This document shows, in pieces, positions 1-12,064 of a stretch of DNA of 64,000 nt. A model generated the notes under the pieces. That model ran no database searches. It was not told the DNA's origin and saw only the letters and a program-made list of their open reading frames with translations. The stretch is from NCBI GenBank assembly GCA_017654855.1, contig CM030337.1:4092001-4156000 (forward strand). Reading direction: 5' to 3'. Source of the stretch: Podospora anserina. Lineage: Eukaryota. The position numbers and the translations under genes were made by a program. Position 1 is the first letter of the stretch. Every line of letters starts with the position of its first letter.

Positions 1-416
1 TACCCAGTGAACGCCTTGGACGTTGACCAGGAAGCTGGAAGAGAGGTTGTCCCTTTGGAAGTGTCAGCGCTCGTTCAGGAGGAACCGATGGATCAAGAAG
101 GCACTCACATGGACTTTGTCCCTTGGAACGCATATTCACAGATACCAGCATTGTTGATCAGGACATCGAGACCCTTGCCGCCGAGCTTGGCCTCTGTCTC
201 GGCAGCGGCCTTCTTGATGGACTCTTGGTCTGTCACGTCAAGCTTGACCCATTCGGCACGGCCAGAAGAGCTGTTGACAACTTCACTGAGGGTTGAAGAG
301 TCGCTGCGGGAAGAAGCGATAATTTTGCTGACTTTGGAAGTGGGCAGAGCTAAAAGCTCCTTGACCAGAGCCAAGCCGAATCCTCTAGAGGCACCGGTGA
401 TGAAGAAGGAAGCCAT
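1..416 (-). CDS. Short-chain dehydrogenase/reductase (SDR), 5' part; runs off the left edge
   Basis: ITGASRGFG Rossmann motif, LDVTD, LINNAG. Intron 53-108 (GTGAGT..GCTGAC..AAG); the next exon reads DNLSSSFLVNVQGVHWV. Confidence 0.9.
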
Positions 417-1205
417 GGTTGTGAGTTTGTGTATGCAAGCTTGGAAATGGTGTCGATTTCGTGCGTGCGTTAGTGAGTATGAGATTTCTGGTGGTTGTGT
501 GGGCTATAGATGGACCTCACTCAGAATATGCAGTGGAGGAAATATGGGATACCCGATAATGTATAGCGGCCAAGCCATATCACGGTACGCATGCGGTTAG
601 GGCCAGAGACGGAAATGCAGGCCATTTCCATGATCCCAGGATTTGTCAGCGAGGGGGTGGTTGAGAATGACCAATGGTTATGGTGGGGAATATGCGGCTC
701 GATGGTGGATGATCTGCCCTTCTTTGTTTGTTTAATGGATGCATTTGCGACCGTCACCAACAAGTTTCCAACATGGCAAATGAGGATGAATACAGTTCTA
801 TGATTGGACAAAGACAACGGGAGGATGCGTGGAAACTTTCGACCGATGCCCGATGGTTATGTCCGATATCAAATCGGATTTCGACAAACGCGATCATATC
901 ATCCCACACCCCTGCGCTGCCTGCTTTGTTTTGGCCACAATGGCGGGTCAGGGGTTGAGGCATCGCTGTACTTGTCGGTATCAAATTTGTTCGGCCGACT
1001 GTGCTCGACGATACTGGATGAGCAAGTTGCACCAATCACGAAATAAACAAGGGCTCTATGAGCCTAGATGAGATACCTGATGCTATGTTCAAGACTGCAA
1101 ATAGATCGGGCATAAGGTAGGTTTGGCGCTATACTTTCTCCATCTCGATCATTTGCCAAAACTTGAATCCTCCACTGCTTTTGTGTCCACATACCTACCT
1201 GAGCA

Positions 1206-2138
1206 ATGTCAGCAAAAGCTTCGTCCGTATCACTATCACATGAGAAGATGAGCTCAGTAGGCTCAGATTGGAAACTCACCAACGGCGCAGGCTACATCCT
1301 CGACCGTGACCGCAGCCACGCCGCCGCCTCTCGTCTCAACCTCCAGTTCTACCTCTGGAAAGACAGTCTTGGATTCAACATCCACCCGACCATCTCACAG
1401 TCACTATTTCCTTCCACCAAGAGCAATGAGCTCGTCGGCAGCCAAAGCCCCGTCGCGATCTGCGAGGTAGCCTCGGGGACTGGGATCTGGTTAACCGACG
1501 TTGCTCGCTCCGTCCCGCCGTCCACCATTCTCACCGGTTTGGACTACAACCTCTCGCAGTCCCCTCCGGCAGCATGGCTTCCCCCCAACATGTCCATGCG
1601 CCACTGGAACGTTTTCGACCCCGTGCCCGAGGATTTGGTCGGCAAATACGACTATGTCCATACTCGCCTGCTCGTCTTGGTAGTCGGAGAGTCCAAAGAC
1701 CCGGGTCCAATTATAAGGAACCTCTTCAAGTTGCTCAAACCAGGCGGCTGGCTACAATGGGACGAGTTGGACACGGTGAATATGTCTATCCAAAAGGTCG
1801 ACCCGGCACTCGAGACGCCAGCGTTGGAAGAGCTGAGGAAGTGGTCTTGGGCGGATGGGAGGCTGGACTGGACGGTGAAGCTGCCTGAATTTATGGAGAA
1901 GGAGGGGTTCACAGAGGTGAAGGGGGATCTATTTGGGGATCCGCCCGCGTTGGCGAGGGCGTTCACCGAGCAGCATTTGCTGACGGCGGAGGAGTTTGCG
2001 GAGGGGTTGATCAAGCTGGGGAAGAGGGAAGTGGGGGAGAAGTATTTTGGGTTGGTGCACAAGGCGCACCAAGAGGCTATTGAGGGGGCGGCGCTGTGTG
2101 TGCCGAGGATTGTTTGTGTGGGGAGGAAGCCGCTATAG
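1206..2138 (+). CDS. Class I SAM-dependent methyltransferase (LaeA/TAM-like fungal family)
   Basis: Intronless 310-aa ORF; SRLNLQFYLW, EVASGTGIW motif I, YDYVHTRL, LLKPGGWLQWDE. Confidence 0.85.
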   Translation: MSAKASSVSLSHEKMSSVGSDWKLTNGAGYILDRDRSHAAASRLNLQFYLWKDSLGFNIHPTISQSLFPSTKSNELVGSQSPVAICEVASGTGIWLTDVARSVPPSTILTGLDYNLSQSPPAAWLPPNMSMRHWNVFDPVPEDLVGKYDYVHTRLLVLVVGESKDPGPIIRNLFKLLKPGGWLQWDELDTVNMSIQKVDPALETPALEELRKWSWADGRLDWTVKLPEFMEKEGFTEVKGDLFGDPPALARAFTEQHLLTAEEFAEGLIKLGKREVGEKYFGLVHKAHQEAIEGAALCVPRIVCVGRKPL

Positions 2139-2897
2139 GGAACGAGCATGATGTTTGACGATGAGTAGAAATCGCATGATGCAAGGATATACCGTAAGAA
2201 ATTTGCTAAATGAATGCGACTTATCTGAGACTGGTTTGAGCAAAGGACTTTCTAGTTACCTGGCAGGAATGGACCTCGACAGACTGAGGGAAAGGCGGAA
2301 GGTTATGTGCATTCGACATTTCCATGAGGGTCGGTGACGGCTGACTTCTTCATACCTAATGTGCTGTGGTCTACAACGAATTCACTCTCAATCATCCGGG
2401 TCGTTGCTGAGATTTTTCTGCATGCTCCGAAGCCTCGGCCCGGGCCCGTACGGGTTTGGAAACTGACAAATGTGGGTGGAGGACGCATCACATCACAGCT
2501 CTCAGCACGCATGGCTGCAGACACTAGAGATCTAGACCGTCTGTGATACCCACTTATCAGCTCAGCCAGCCATTCGGACGAATCACAGCATTGTTGCGAC
2601 CCGTCAGCTCTGTGCAGTCTCAAAGGCTTGACTCCTTTCAGACAAAATGGGGTCTTTAATGCACAGTCAAACTCATAGTTGAGTTAAGCCTTCTGTAAAA
2701 TCCATCAATATTGCGCTTTTGCTGCATCCTTCCTGTCACTAGAGAAGCTGAAAGGAAACAAGGAGTTAGACTCGAGCGATGAAGATGCATCATTACATCC
2801 AGTGGCAAGCTGAGCTATGCGAAAAGAGGGGTCCAGAGCACAGGAACATCGAGGCCGTTGAGGCCAGTTTGTCATGCTCAGTGGGAGTGCGAGGGCA

Positions 2898-2904
2898 TAT
2901 AAAA
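2898..2904 (+). promoter_or_regulatory. Putative TATA box of the tyrosinase gene
   Basis: TATAAAA about 105 nt upstream of the ATG at 3008. Confidence 0.4.
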
Positions 2905-3007
2905 CAAGACATCGAAACCCCAACTTTCGTTTGTTGTTGTCCAGCTCAATAGGCACCCATCAAAGCCCCGGTCGAACCCCCTCATACCACCAGCCCAACC
3001 CAGCACG

Positions 3008-5304
3008 ATGTCGGAAGAGCGTCCCAGTCATGTTGTCATTCAGGGCATCCTGCCCAAGGAGGCTCCCGGCATCCGAAGAGAATTCTCCTACTGGGCCAAA
3101 GACCATGAGAACAACATTCAGGTGTCTCTCTTCATCCGCGCCCTGCAAAAGTTCTACGACATCCCCTACACTGAAACCCTCTCCTACTTCCAGGTCGCTG
3201 GTATCCACGGCTACCCCGGAAACCTGAAGTGGGACGGCGCTGTTGCTCCTCCTCACGACAGAGACGCGAGGCATTACATCTACTGCACCCACAATCACTT
3301 CAACTTTCCCACTTGGCACCGTCCTTACATGGTCCTGTTTGAGGAGACCCTCTGGAAGCTGATGGGGGAGGTCATCGAGAAGGATCTCGAGTTTCACGAT
3401 GATGCTGACAAGAAGCTGTGGCTTGAAGAGCGGAACAAGTGGCGACTTCCTTACTGGGATTGGGCTCTCAACTCGGCCCAGGGCAAGGTTCCTGATCTAT
3501 TCGTTCCCTACAGCATCAACATCAGGCAGCCTGTGGGGAAAGGTGGATCTCAGCAGGAGTCGGAGAATGTCCCAAATCCGCTCGCCCGTTTCCAGGTCAA
3601 AGAGAACGGTGTGCCCATCAAGATGGGCAAGCTTCCCAAGAAGTACAGGGTTGATAGCGTCCCGTTGGGTGATGGCAGCTACCTGCCTGTGAGTCATTGA
3701 AACCGCTACCCTCGTGATTGCGCTCTAACAGTATTTGCACCACAGTGGGCAGAATGCTCCGGCACCAGCCGCTGGGGCATCAAGCCTCACACCCAGCCTG
3801 ACGAATGGACCGAGGGCGTCAACAAGACCGAGATGATCGCCCCCGCCATCAACAACCACGAGTGGTACTTTTCGCCAGACAGAAGGAAGCCCGAAGACCG
3901 GAAGAAGAGAGAGGAGGCGATCTTCAAACACCCAGTTGGGGATCTCCTTCATCGCCTTTTCAAAATTGACAACTGGGAAGACTTCTCATCTACGCGAGTA
4001 AACCAGGCGCCCAGCGACATAGACTGGGAGAAGTGGGTCTCGCTGGAGTATGTCCACAACAACCTGCATGTGAGCTGAGTGTCCAGGTCCTTTTCCATGC
4101 CAAAGTCTCAGTTGAGCTGACGACAACCAGGGGTTCATTGGCGGCGACGGTGTCGAGGGCATTGGACACATGCAAAACGTTCCTTCGGCCGCGTTTGACC
4201 CCATCTTTTACATGCACCATTGCAACATTGATCGCATCACCGCCATGTGGCAGACGCTGCACGAGGGTGTCTGGTTTGAGAACGATGTCCTCGCCGAGAG
4301 AGAGCTCTACCCCTTCCGCGGGCCAAAGCTGGACGGCGAGATCGACTACTTCACGTCCAATGATGTGCGGGACTGGACCCGGTTCGGTTACCAGTACGAG
4401 ATCCTCGAACTCAGAGATGGGGAGACCGAGGTGGGACGCAAAAGGCGCATCAATGAGTTCATCGACAAGTCGTACTTCAGCACCGCCCAGGTCTTGCTCA
4501 AGGACGAGGGTCACTTGTTTCACGATGGTTCAGATATCGAATCCTTCGCCGCCCGCAACGACTTTGAGGATTACATCATCGATGTCATCTATGACCGGCA
4601 AGTTATTCCTCTCACGTTGTTGATCGCCCTATCCGTTGCTAACAGGGTCTCAAAGCTATGCTCTGAATGGAGATCCCTACATGATCCATTTCTTCCTCGG
4701 TGCCCCGGTGCCTCAGCCCGAGTCCAACGGGGTGACGGCCAAGATAACCTTCAAGTCACCCAAGCACGTCGGGATGGTCTACAACTTCTCGACTCCTTGG
4801 CTCGGAAACGGCAACAACACCGAATCGGCCATGTCTGACGTGGAGTCTGACGGGGAGGAGCCTGAGCCGGAATCTGACCAGCCCACGTGCGGCAACTGCG
4901 TGTCCCAGCAAGCGGAAAACATCCTCAGCAACGCCATGATTCCCTTGACGATCCCACTCTACAATGCCGCAGCAGACAAAGACATCGAGGGCCTCGAAAA
5001 CATCCACCCGGATCAGGTCAGGGACTTCCTCGCCAACGAGCTTACCTGGGTTGCCGTGAGCGTGAGTAGCCACCTCTCTTCCCACTACAGGTCTAAACTG
5101 ACTCCCGTGGTGCTGTAGACGAACGGCACAATCATCCCCTGGGAACACCTCCCCAAGACCAAGGTTTTCGTCCTCAAGGGCAAGGCCAAGCATTACACCG
5201 AAAACTCGAAGCTGTCGTCGTACAAGGAGTATGACGCTTTGGGCCACATCACGCACAACAAGCTAGCCGGTGCTTCTCATGCCGACTATGGACAGTATGC
5301 TTGA
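3008..5304 (+). CDS. Cytosolic fungal tyrosinase (type-3 copper) with C-terminal shielding domain; 5 exons
   Basis: CuA: AGIHG, YCTHNHFNFPTWHRPY. CuB: HNNLH..AAFDPIFYMHHCNIDR. C-terminal CGNC. Introns 3689-3745, 4070-4130, 4598-4655 (GC-AG), 5062-5118; stop TGA 5302-5304. Confidence 0.93.
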
Positions 5305-5433
5305 TTGGAGATTGGCCTGAGCAAGAAGGCATGGCTGGACAGTAGAGGACAAGTGATCAGTTTAATTCAGTACGTACGTGGTAGTCAAATGAATCGAAAG
5401 GTTTAGGGTATATTATACAATAAGTCCAGTCAG

Positions 5434-6663
5434 CTATAAGCCTGAACAACATCTTTCCGATGTAACATGGATATGAACAGGACGCAGCGAAGTGAAATCG
5501 GCCGGTAAAATTCCTCCTTCCACCAATCTGGGTCTCGGTATTGGTGGCTTGATGAACTGCAACACCCTTGAACCCACAAGCTGGGTGGGCTCTTCTTCTG
5601 GCTCGTTCACTTTTGGTACCTGCGAGGAGCGCGGGGCTGAAAACTGAGTCATTGGCGTGAGCAGGGAGGGGATGTAATCTTCAGTCTTGTAGGTTGAAGA
5701 ACACGTCAGATCGCCGCTTTGGGTGGGTGGGGTTGGTAGTTGGGGTGGGGGTGACACCCTCCGGCGCCGAGGTCGTTGAGATCTCCTTTGCTGCCTTGGG
5801 TTTGAGGCGGCAGGCTCCGGTGTTGAGTGGTGGGAGCGCAATCGTTGTGATCGCCTGCGCGGCGTGTTGTCGGCTGCCGCTCCTTGCATGTCTTGGCGGA
5901 TATCTCTTGGCGGTGTCCTGGGCACCCACCCACACAAGTTGTTGACAGTCGGACACATCTTTTGTATCAGGTTGCGCACATCGTCCAAAATGCGGTCGGA
6001 CTCGATAGACATGGAGTAGTTCTCGAGGTACCGACAGAACATGCGATAGAACTGGAGGTATTGCCCTATTTCGACTTCGATTGGCGTCATCCATCTGATG
6101 CATTCGTCAGAATATGTGTCATGTTGGTCTTCTCTAGCATCCTGACAGGTCCGGACAGCGAGGTGCAAAATGTGGTTGATGGTGTGGTCTACGTGGTGGT
6201 CAACACCATAGGCGTGATGGAGCATGATAGCTTCAAAAAGCTGGTTGATATGTGGTAGCAGGTGCAGGTTGTGAAGCTTGGCGGGTGGGCTGTGCATCGC
6301 ATGTCCAGCGACACAGATGGTCTTGAAAGCATCTTTCCAGCGATATTCGTCCAGGTATTGTATTGCGGACGTTAACAGCTGGGTCTCTGAAGACGGCAAT
6401 CGTACATATGGCCCCAAAGGTGATGGTAGTGGCGAGGGTGATGGTGATGGTGATGGTGATGGTGATGGTGATGGTGATGGTGATGGTGATGGTGACGTGG
6501 TGGACATAATAATATGCCAAATTGTGGGCGGGATGAGGGTGTTGATGAAAAGGAGAATGGGGTTCGGCAAAAACAACAAGAATGGTGGGATGTTGGATGG
6601 ATGGGGGGAGTGCAGCATCGGGGAGGTGGATGGTATCACACTGGGAGAAGAGAAGAGGTGCAC
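5434..6663 (-). CDS. Orphan hypothetical protein with Ser-Pro repeat and R/P-rich tail (real start may be MSTT near 6507)
   Basis: 409-codon uninterrupted ORF; no recognisable domain. Confidence 0.5.
   Translation of the reverse strand: MHLFSSPSVIPSTSPMLHSPHPSNIPPFLLFLPNPILLFINTLIPPTIWHIIMSTTSPSPSPSPSPSPSPSPSPSPSPLPSPLGPYVRLPSSETQLLTSAIQYLDEYRWKDAFKTICVAGHAMHSPPAKLHNLHLLPHINQLFEAIMLHHAYGVDHHVDHTINHILHLAVRTCQDAREDQHDTYSDECIRWMTPIEVEIGQYLQFYRMFCRYLENYSMSIESDRILDDVRNLIQKMCPTVNNLCGWVPRTPPRDIRQDMQGAAADNTPRRRSQRLRSHHSTPEPAASNPRQQRRSQRPRRRRVSPPPQLPTPPTQSGDLTCSSTYKTEDYIPSLLTPMTQFSAPRSSQVPKVNEPEEEPTQLVGSRVLQFIKPPIPRPRLVEGGILPADFTSLRPVHIHVTSERCCSGL
6437..6495. repeat. (GGTGAT)n hexanucleotide microsatellite, about 10 copies
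   Basis: Directly visible; encodes (SP)n in the minus-strand ORF. Confidence 0.95.
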
Positions 6664-8151
6664 AGGGGGGGAAGGTCGAAAAAAATGGGTGGACGGGGTT
6701 TTTATACCTGCAGATTGTCAGTAAAATCGACCAATGAAATAAGAGTGCGAAATCGTACGTCCACGGGTCCTCTGATTTGTTATAGAGCAGCAATATATCA
6801 GTAGGGGGTTGGAAGGGGTGGAACACGCAGTGGGTTGGTCCATCAGCTTAAAGCGGCGGGCACCCCCGGCTGGGCACCCACTCCCTCCCATCCACCCATA
6901 TCCCCCCCTCCCCCCTCCCGCCTTCTCCCCAACATCAGCCCCTCCCCACTTCTCACTCTATCTCATCAACAAAAATCCGACCTGTCGCCCGCCGAGAATT
7001 GATGCGCATCAGCGACCCATTTGCGTCTTTCTGGGATGCTTTCTGCGTGATAGTGACTGTTGGTGTGATGTTTGGGGGCAGATGGTGGAAGCAGACTTCA
7101 CCATATATCGTATAGAATATGGTGTGCATTTTCTATATTGTGAATGGTGAGCACTTATTGATGGAGTGAGAGTCTTTTCATGTTCGAAGTTTTGTGGTTT
7201 GCTGATTAGGGGAGGAGTTGGACTTATCATTGACAATGGTCGCACACATATCTGTTAGTGGGCTGGTCAATGCTCAGTCCAGACTTGGTGCAAGTCAGGG
7301 CTCCAGAGGAGCGCGGGCAAACACTGATGAATTAAAATGAGAAAACCCTGTTGGGGTGTAATTGAAGCCTTTTTTATCGTTATAATGATGATTTTGAGAG
7401 ACCATGTATCATTTTGAGATGGGCTGCGATGGAAAAAAGAGGTTGCTTGGGGGGCGGTTGTGGTAGATGGGATGAGATGTCGTTGGATGATTAGATAATC
7501 TCCGGACCCACCTTCAACCTCTGTTCTCAGCTGACCCATTCCCGACAAAAACAGGCATACAAACTCTTTTTCAATGCCCATGAATCATATTTCAACCCCT
7601 ATCAACCATCTTTCGAGGCCTATCCAGTCCATCGCCTCGTTCAGTGTGCTTATGTCAAAAGATGTTATACTATTTGACCTTGGTGTTGGTATCAAAGTTT
7701 TGTTTCGAGCTCTCCTAGCATCAGAATTGCACCCGCGCTTATACACGATGACCCTTTCGGCAAGTCGCGAAAAGTTGATGAAAATCGATGAAAATAGCCT
7801 GCAAGGCGCGCGGAAGAAAGGAGGGCCCAAAACCTACGGCACGCAACGAAGGGCAAAATGATGAATATATGATATCGTGATGGCATGGAAAGGAACGAAA
7901 AGGCCAGTGGCCCAAGCTGCAATGGACAAACAGGAGCAAAGTGGGTGGTCAGTGCCCACGCCGCCACAGTCCGTCTCTGTCAATCTGGCAAGCCTTTCAT
8001 TCACCCGCCGCCAAGTCAGACGATATGATTGGCCGGATACAAGTTAATAATATAGGCTCAATGGCGTTTCTGTATACGGGACCGAGAGATGTTGTTTGTG
8101 TATGTGCCAACAGCCTTCACGGTTTGTGACGGTTTGTCAACAAAGACCATC

Positions 8152-9678
8152 TTACAGCCCCTCTACAATTCTATCCAGCATCTGATCGTTAAACTTCCAC
8201 AGCATGGTCGTAAAATCAGCAGCAATCCCATTCCCGGTGAACCAAGTCGACCTCTTCCCTTGAAGGGCGTACATGTCCTCCATCCACCCCTCTCTCAGTT
8301 CCTGAGCGCTGACTCCGAAGCCGCCAGGGCCATGATCAGACCACGCAACAAACTCGACCTCTTCGCCCTCAAGGTCTGGCAAAGTCCCGGCGTCGACCAT
8401 CGTTTGAATCGCTTTCCGTGCGACCTTTTTCGCTTCAGATGGAGGGAACGCGGTGTAGTTTGTACCGCTGGATCCAAGACTGAAGAGTGGTGAGTCGGTG
8501 ACAAGGCTGGTGAAACTCAGGACGAAGGGGGTTTGGAGGAAAGGGGAGAGGGGGTTGGCGGTCGCTGACAAAGGAAGATTGCGGAGCTGAACGCCAGCGG
8601 GGAGCTTGGAGTGTTTCGCAATGGCGGTATGGCTTCGACCGTATTTTGGTTTGGAGAAGTGGGCTTTCTCTGCTGGGGTCAGGTCGAACGGGGCGAGGTT
8701 TTCTCTGGTTGGTGGAATGGCGAGGAGGAGCTTCTTGGCAATGATGAGCTTCTTGGTCGCCTTTCCTTTTCCTTTCCCCTTCCGACTCTTGCCGGGTTGC
8801 TCTTCGTCATCGTCGAGCCGAGCTGAGTCAACGACCAGTTCAATTCCAGAATTGCTCCTCTTCGAATTGACAACCTGAGAATTGTACAAGACATCTTTTC
8901 CGAGAAGAGTACTGATCTTATCGTACAGGAACTGGTTGCCGCCATCGATGCTGAACATGGCCACTTCGCCGAAGAAGACCTTGGACCATGCTGTCGGGAA
9001 AGCCTTGATAATGCTCAAGGTCAAAATGTCCTCAAAGTTGCCCCTGGACCCCACGCCGCCACCGGTGGACGGATACATGGTTGAGAGCATGGCTTCAATC
9101 CCGTGCTTCTTGGCAAACTGGCCGATTGGGAGCAAAAGGTCGGCTGGGATGTCTTTGCCAGCTGGAAAGCCCCAGTAGCCCGGTTGGGTCATGTTGTCCC
9201 AGCCATTTGCTGTCATCAGGTCGTGGAATTTCTTGACGGCAATCGGGCCAGCAGACTCATCAGGTGGCTGAAAGGTGCTGGTAAGCTCTTGCCCAGAGGT
9301 GAAGTCGATGTATCGAACCTCGTTGCCTCCGGCGGGGAACCATGGCGAGAGCGTGACGTTTATTTCCGGGCGGCTGAAGAAGTCAAACGAGTCTAGGTAG
9401 GGAAAGTAGAGGGCGAGACCGTAATCGTGGGTTCTGCCGGTTGTTTTGTCGACATAGGTATCGACATGGCCGCCCAGAATTGGCTCTCTTTCAACGACTA
9501 CCACGCTTTTGTTGTAATCCTGTCGCAACCGAACGGCTGCGTGAGCCCCTGACGCACCTCCTCCAATGATCGCCACATCTTTGTAGATGATGTCCTCGCG
9601 GCGGAAATCAGCACGGTTGATGCGGCCAGCAGATGCTGCCGAGATGGCGCCTGCAGTTAGAATAGTTGCTGTACGCAT
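8152..9678 (-). CDS. Secreted FAD-dependent oxidoreductase (amine-oxidase / CpaO-like)
   Basis: Signal-peptide-like N-terminus; DVAIIGGGASG..VVVERE..LGGH dinucleotide-binding motif; C-terminal LQGKRSTWFTG. Intronless, 508 aa. Confidence 0.85.
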   Translation of the reverse strand: MRTATILTAGAISAASAGRINRADFRREDIIYKDVAIIGGGASGAHAAVRLRQDYNKSVVVVEREPILGGHVDTYVDKTTGRTHDYGLALYFPYLDSFDFFSRPEINVTLSPWFPAGGNEVRYIDFTSGQELTSTFQPPDESAGPIAVKKFHDLMTANGWDNMTQPGYWGFPAGKDIPADLLLPIGQFAKKHGIEAMLSTMYPSTGGGVGSRGNFEDILTLSIIKAFPTAWSKVFFGEVAMFSIDGGNQFLYDKISTLLGKDVLYNSQVVNSKRSNSGIELVVDSARLDDDEEQPGKSRKGKGKGKATKKLIIAKKLLLAIPPTRENLAPFDLTPAEKAHFSKPKYGRSHTAIAKHSKLPAGVQLRNLPLSATANPLSPFLQTPFVLSFTSLVTDSPLFSLGSSGTNYTAFPPSEAKKVARKAIQTMVDAGTLPDLEGEEVEFVAWSDHGPGGFGVSAQELREGWMEDMYALQGKRSTWFTGNGIAADFTTMLWKFNDQMLDRIVEGL

Positions 9679-10273
9679 CCTGACCGGGGGTTATCGCAGG
9701 GTTGCCGATGCGTTGGAGTTTGACGAGAAAGCCTGACAGCGAGGAGCAACAAGGGAGCCGTGAGTTGGACCTTCAAATATAGGTAGGTAAAGGACTGGGT
9801 CGCATCGACATTCCACTCTAACTGAATGGCAAAATAATATCGCCGGACACATGGCTATATGAAGAATGCTACCGGACCATGTGAAGACTCTGCAAGTCAG
9901 AAATTAGCAGCAATTAGCATTGTGGTTCTCCATCTGCAGGGACCTTGTGGTAACATGAACTCCGTTTGCAGAGTGGCCAATACCTGGTCGCCGTTATTGC
10001 CGGATTGTGCACCATGGTCGATAAGAACTTCTTTTGCTGGCAGTCTGACCGGCTGAAAGAGCCCAGATTATCCGATCTCGAGGCAATGTGAGCAATATCG
10101 AGGAGGCAAAGATATAAAAACGACTTGTTATTATTCCGGTATCTTGATACTTCTATCTTCAAGCTTCCATGTGGGCCATTCCTTTGCGCTTCCACATCCC
10201 TTATCTCTACTCACTCCACAGCACTCTCTCCCCGCTAGTCCTACTAGGTATATAGTCCAGCCAACCCACCGTC

Positions 10274-10987
10274 CTAGTCATACTGGCTCCAGTCAATCGC
10301 GCCAACATCCTCATAGCAGGGAGCGTCAAGCTGGTGGATATTCAACTCGTCAACCCCCTCAAACACATCCTCGGGTAGCGTAGCACACTGCGCCAAGAAT
10401 GTAACGGCGACGCAGTTCTCGGGAATAGACTCCACACTCGGGGCAACTTTGACCGCGTGCTGGGGACGACCATAGGCGGGCTCTGTCTCGTTGCAGACGA
10501 TAAAGTAAGGGTAGGGAGTGAAAGCCTGTGCCCAAGGACTTCTCAAACCCCCCACCACTCCTGCGCCGATGTTGCCAGGGCCAAAGTTGAGACCGAGGTT
10601 GGTAGCGTGCTCGATGGGGCCCATGGGGAATCGCAGACCCATGGGGGTGGCACCGCCTTGGTATTTGATGGGAGGAAGACCAATCGAGGTAGCTTGGGCT
10701 GAGACATCACGGCCGGTGCCGTTGACGAAGAGGGTGGCTGCTGCGTCGACGTTGGGCACCAGGATGGCTGCGTTGAGACCGGCGCCGACGTGGACGCCGG
10801 AGAGGAACCAGTTATGGACGGGTGGGTCGAAGATGTCGGAGGGTGTGGATATATTGGCCACGAGCTTGAAGCCATTGGCGGTCGTGCGAGGGGGATAGTT
10901 TCCTTGAAACTGGCGTTGTGTGAGTGAGAGGGGCGAGGCAACTGTCAGGCCAGCCATGAGGGCGGAGAAGAGCGCGGTGGTGAACAT
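10274..10987 (-). CDS. Secreted hypothetical protein (237 aa, 4 Cys)
   Basis: Hydrophobic signal peptide MFTTALFSALMAGLTVA; GFKLVAN..HVGAGLN segment resembles a fungal secreted family of unknown function. Confidence 0.75.
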   Translation of the reverse strand: MFTTALFSALMAGLTVASPLSLTQRQFQGNYPPRTTANGFKLVANISTPSDIFDPPVHNWFLSGVHVGAGLNAAILVPNVDAAATLFVNGTGRDVSAQATSIGLPPIKYQGGATPMGLRFPMGPIEHATNLGLNFGPGNIGAGVVGGLRSPWAQAFTPYPYFIVCNETEPAYGRPQHAVKVAPSVESIPENCVAVTFLAQCATLPEDVFEGVDELNIHQLDAPCYEDVGAIDWSQYD

Positions 10988-12064
10988 GCTGGGCGATTAT
11001 GTGAATTAACTGTATTAAAAATTAGACTTGTATGAGAGTAGATGAATGAGAAGCTCAAAAGTTGCTGAATGATGGGCCTGGGCATTTGACGGCATGGTGA
11101 ACGTCTCGTCCAGTCTTCTTATACGGCGTTCGAAGACCAGTTGGCTACCTAGATTTCGGCCGAGCCACGGCGCTTCCTTTGAACGACGCGACTAAATTTA
11201 CATTCTCACTATCATCATATTACTGCTTGATCATTCTCATGTTCGTACCGGCGCTGAACTTGTGTCATCATCCTACCAATTAGCCGGCAGCCGAGGTGGC
11301 GGAGTCGAGCCAACAACCTGAGATGTGAACGGACACGAGGAAAATGGGGGCCAAAACAGATTGATGGGACTGTGGCTGGTGTCCAACAGTGAAGCAGTTA
11401 GTGCTCTCACCGCCCCTAGCGACCGTTAACAGCGTCGCATTTACTACGTTGCACAACCTGAACCTGGCGCTGACGTTGGGTGCGCCATCCTTCTATCAAT
11501 ACGACACGACACTTCAAAATGATGCGCTAAAGATTCTATGATCCTTCCTGTACCACATACTATCTTGATGCAGTAAGGTTTAGCAGATTGTAGGCCGGAC
11601 TGATCGGGGGCGCCGTGGGCTCAAGGGTTCAGGGGCTCAGTCGATCCCCGGCATTTCCATCATGTTTGGAACTCAAAGGTATGAAGGAGAAGAGAGGAGA
11701 GAAACAACATGGAATAAATTGAATCGGTTATATGACTCACATGAACTCAACGAGCAGCTCCCTTCCCTAGCTACCTGACTGCTAATGTTGACAGGGTCCG
11801 TTTTCTATTCGGGATCGTGCTCAACCTCAAGGTGCAATGGGAAATCGTATACCTTATCGTATATGGTAAAGTATGTCATACATCCATTTGTCTAGTTCCA
11901 AATTGGAGATTTCTTGGGTAGAACAACAATAAATTAAATCCATGCAATTGCTTGCCCAACTAAACGCATTAACAACAAGGGGTATCTCCAAATCACTTCC
12001 CGTCGACAGGTCCATCCACACACTCGTAACACGTTTCGCATTCCACATACAACAAACCCATGCA

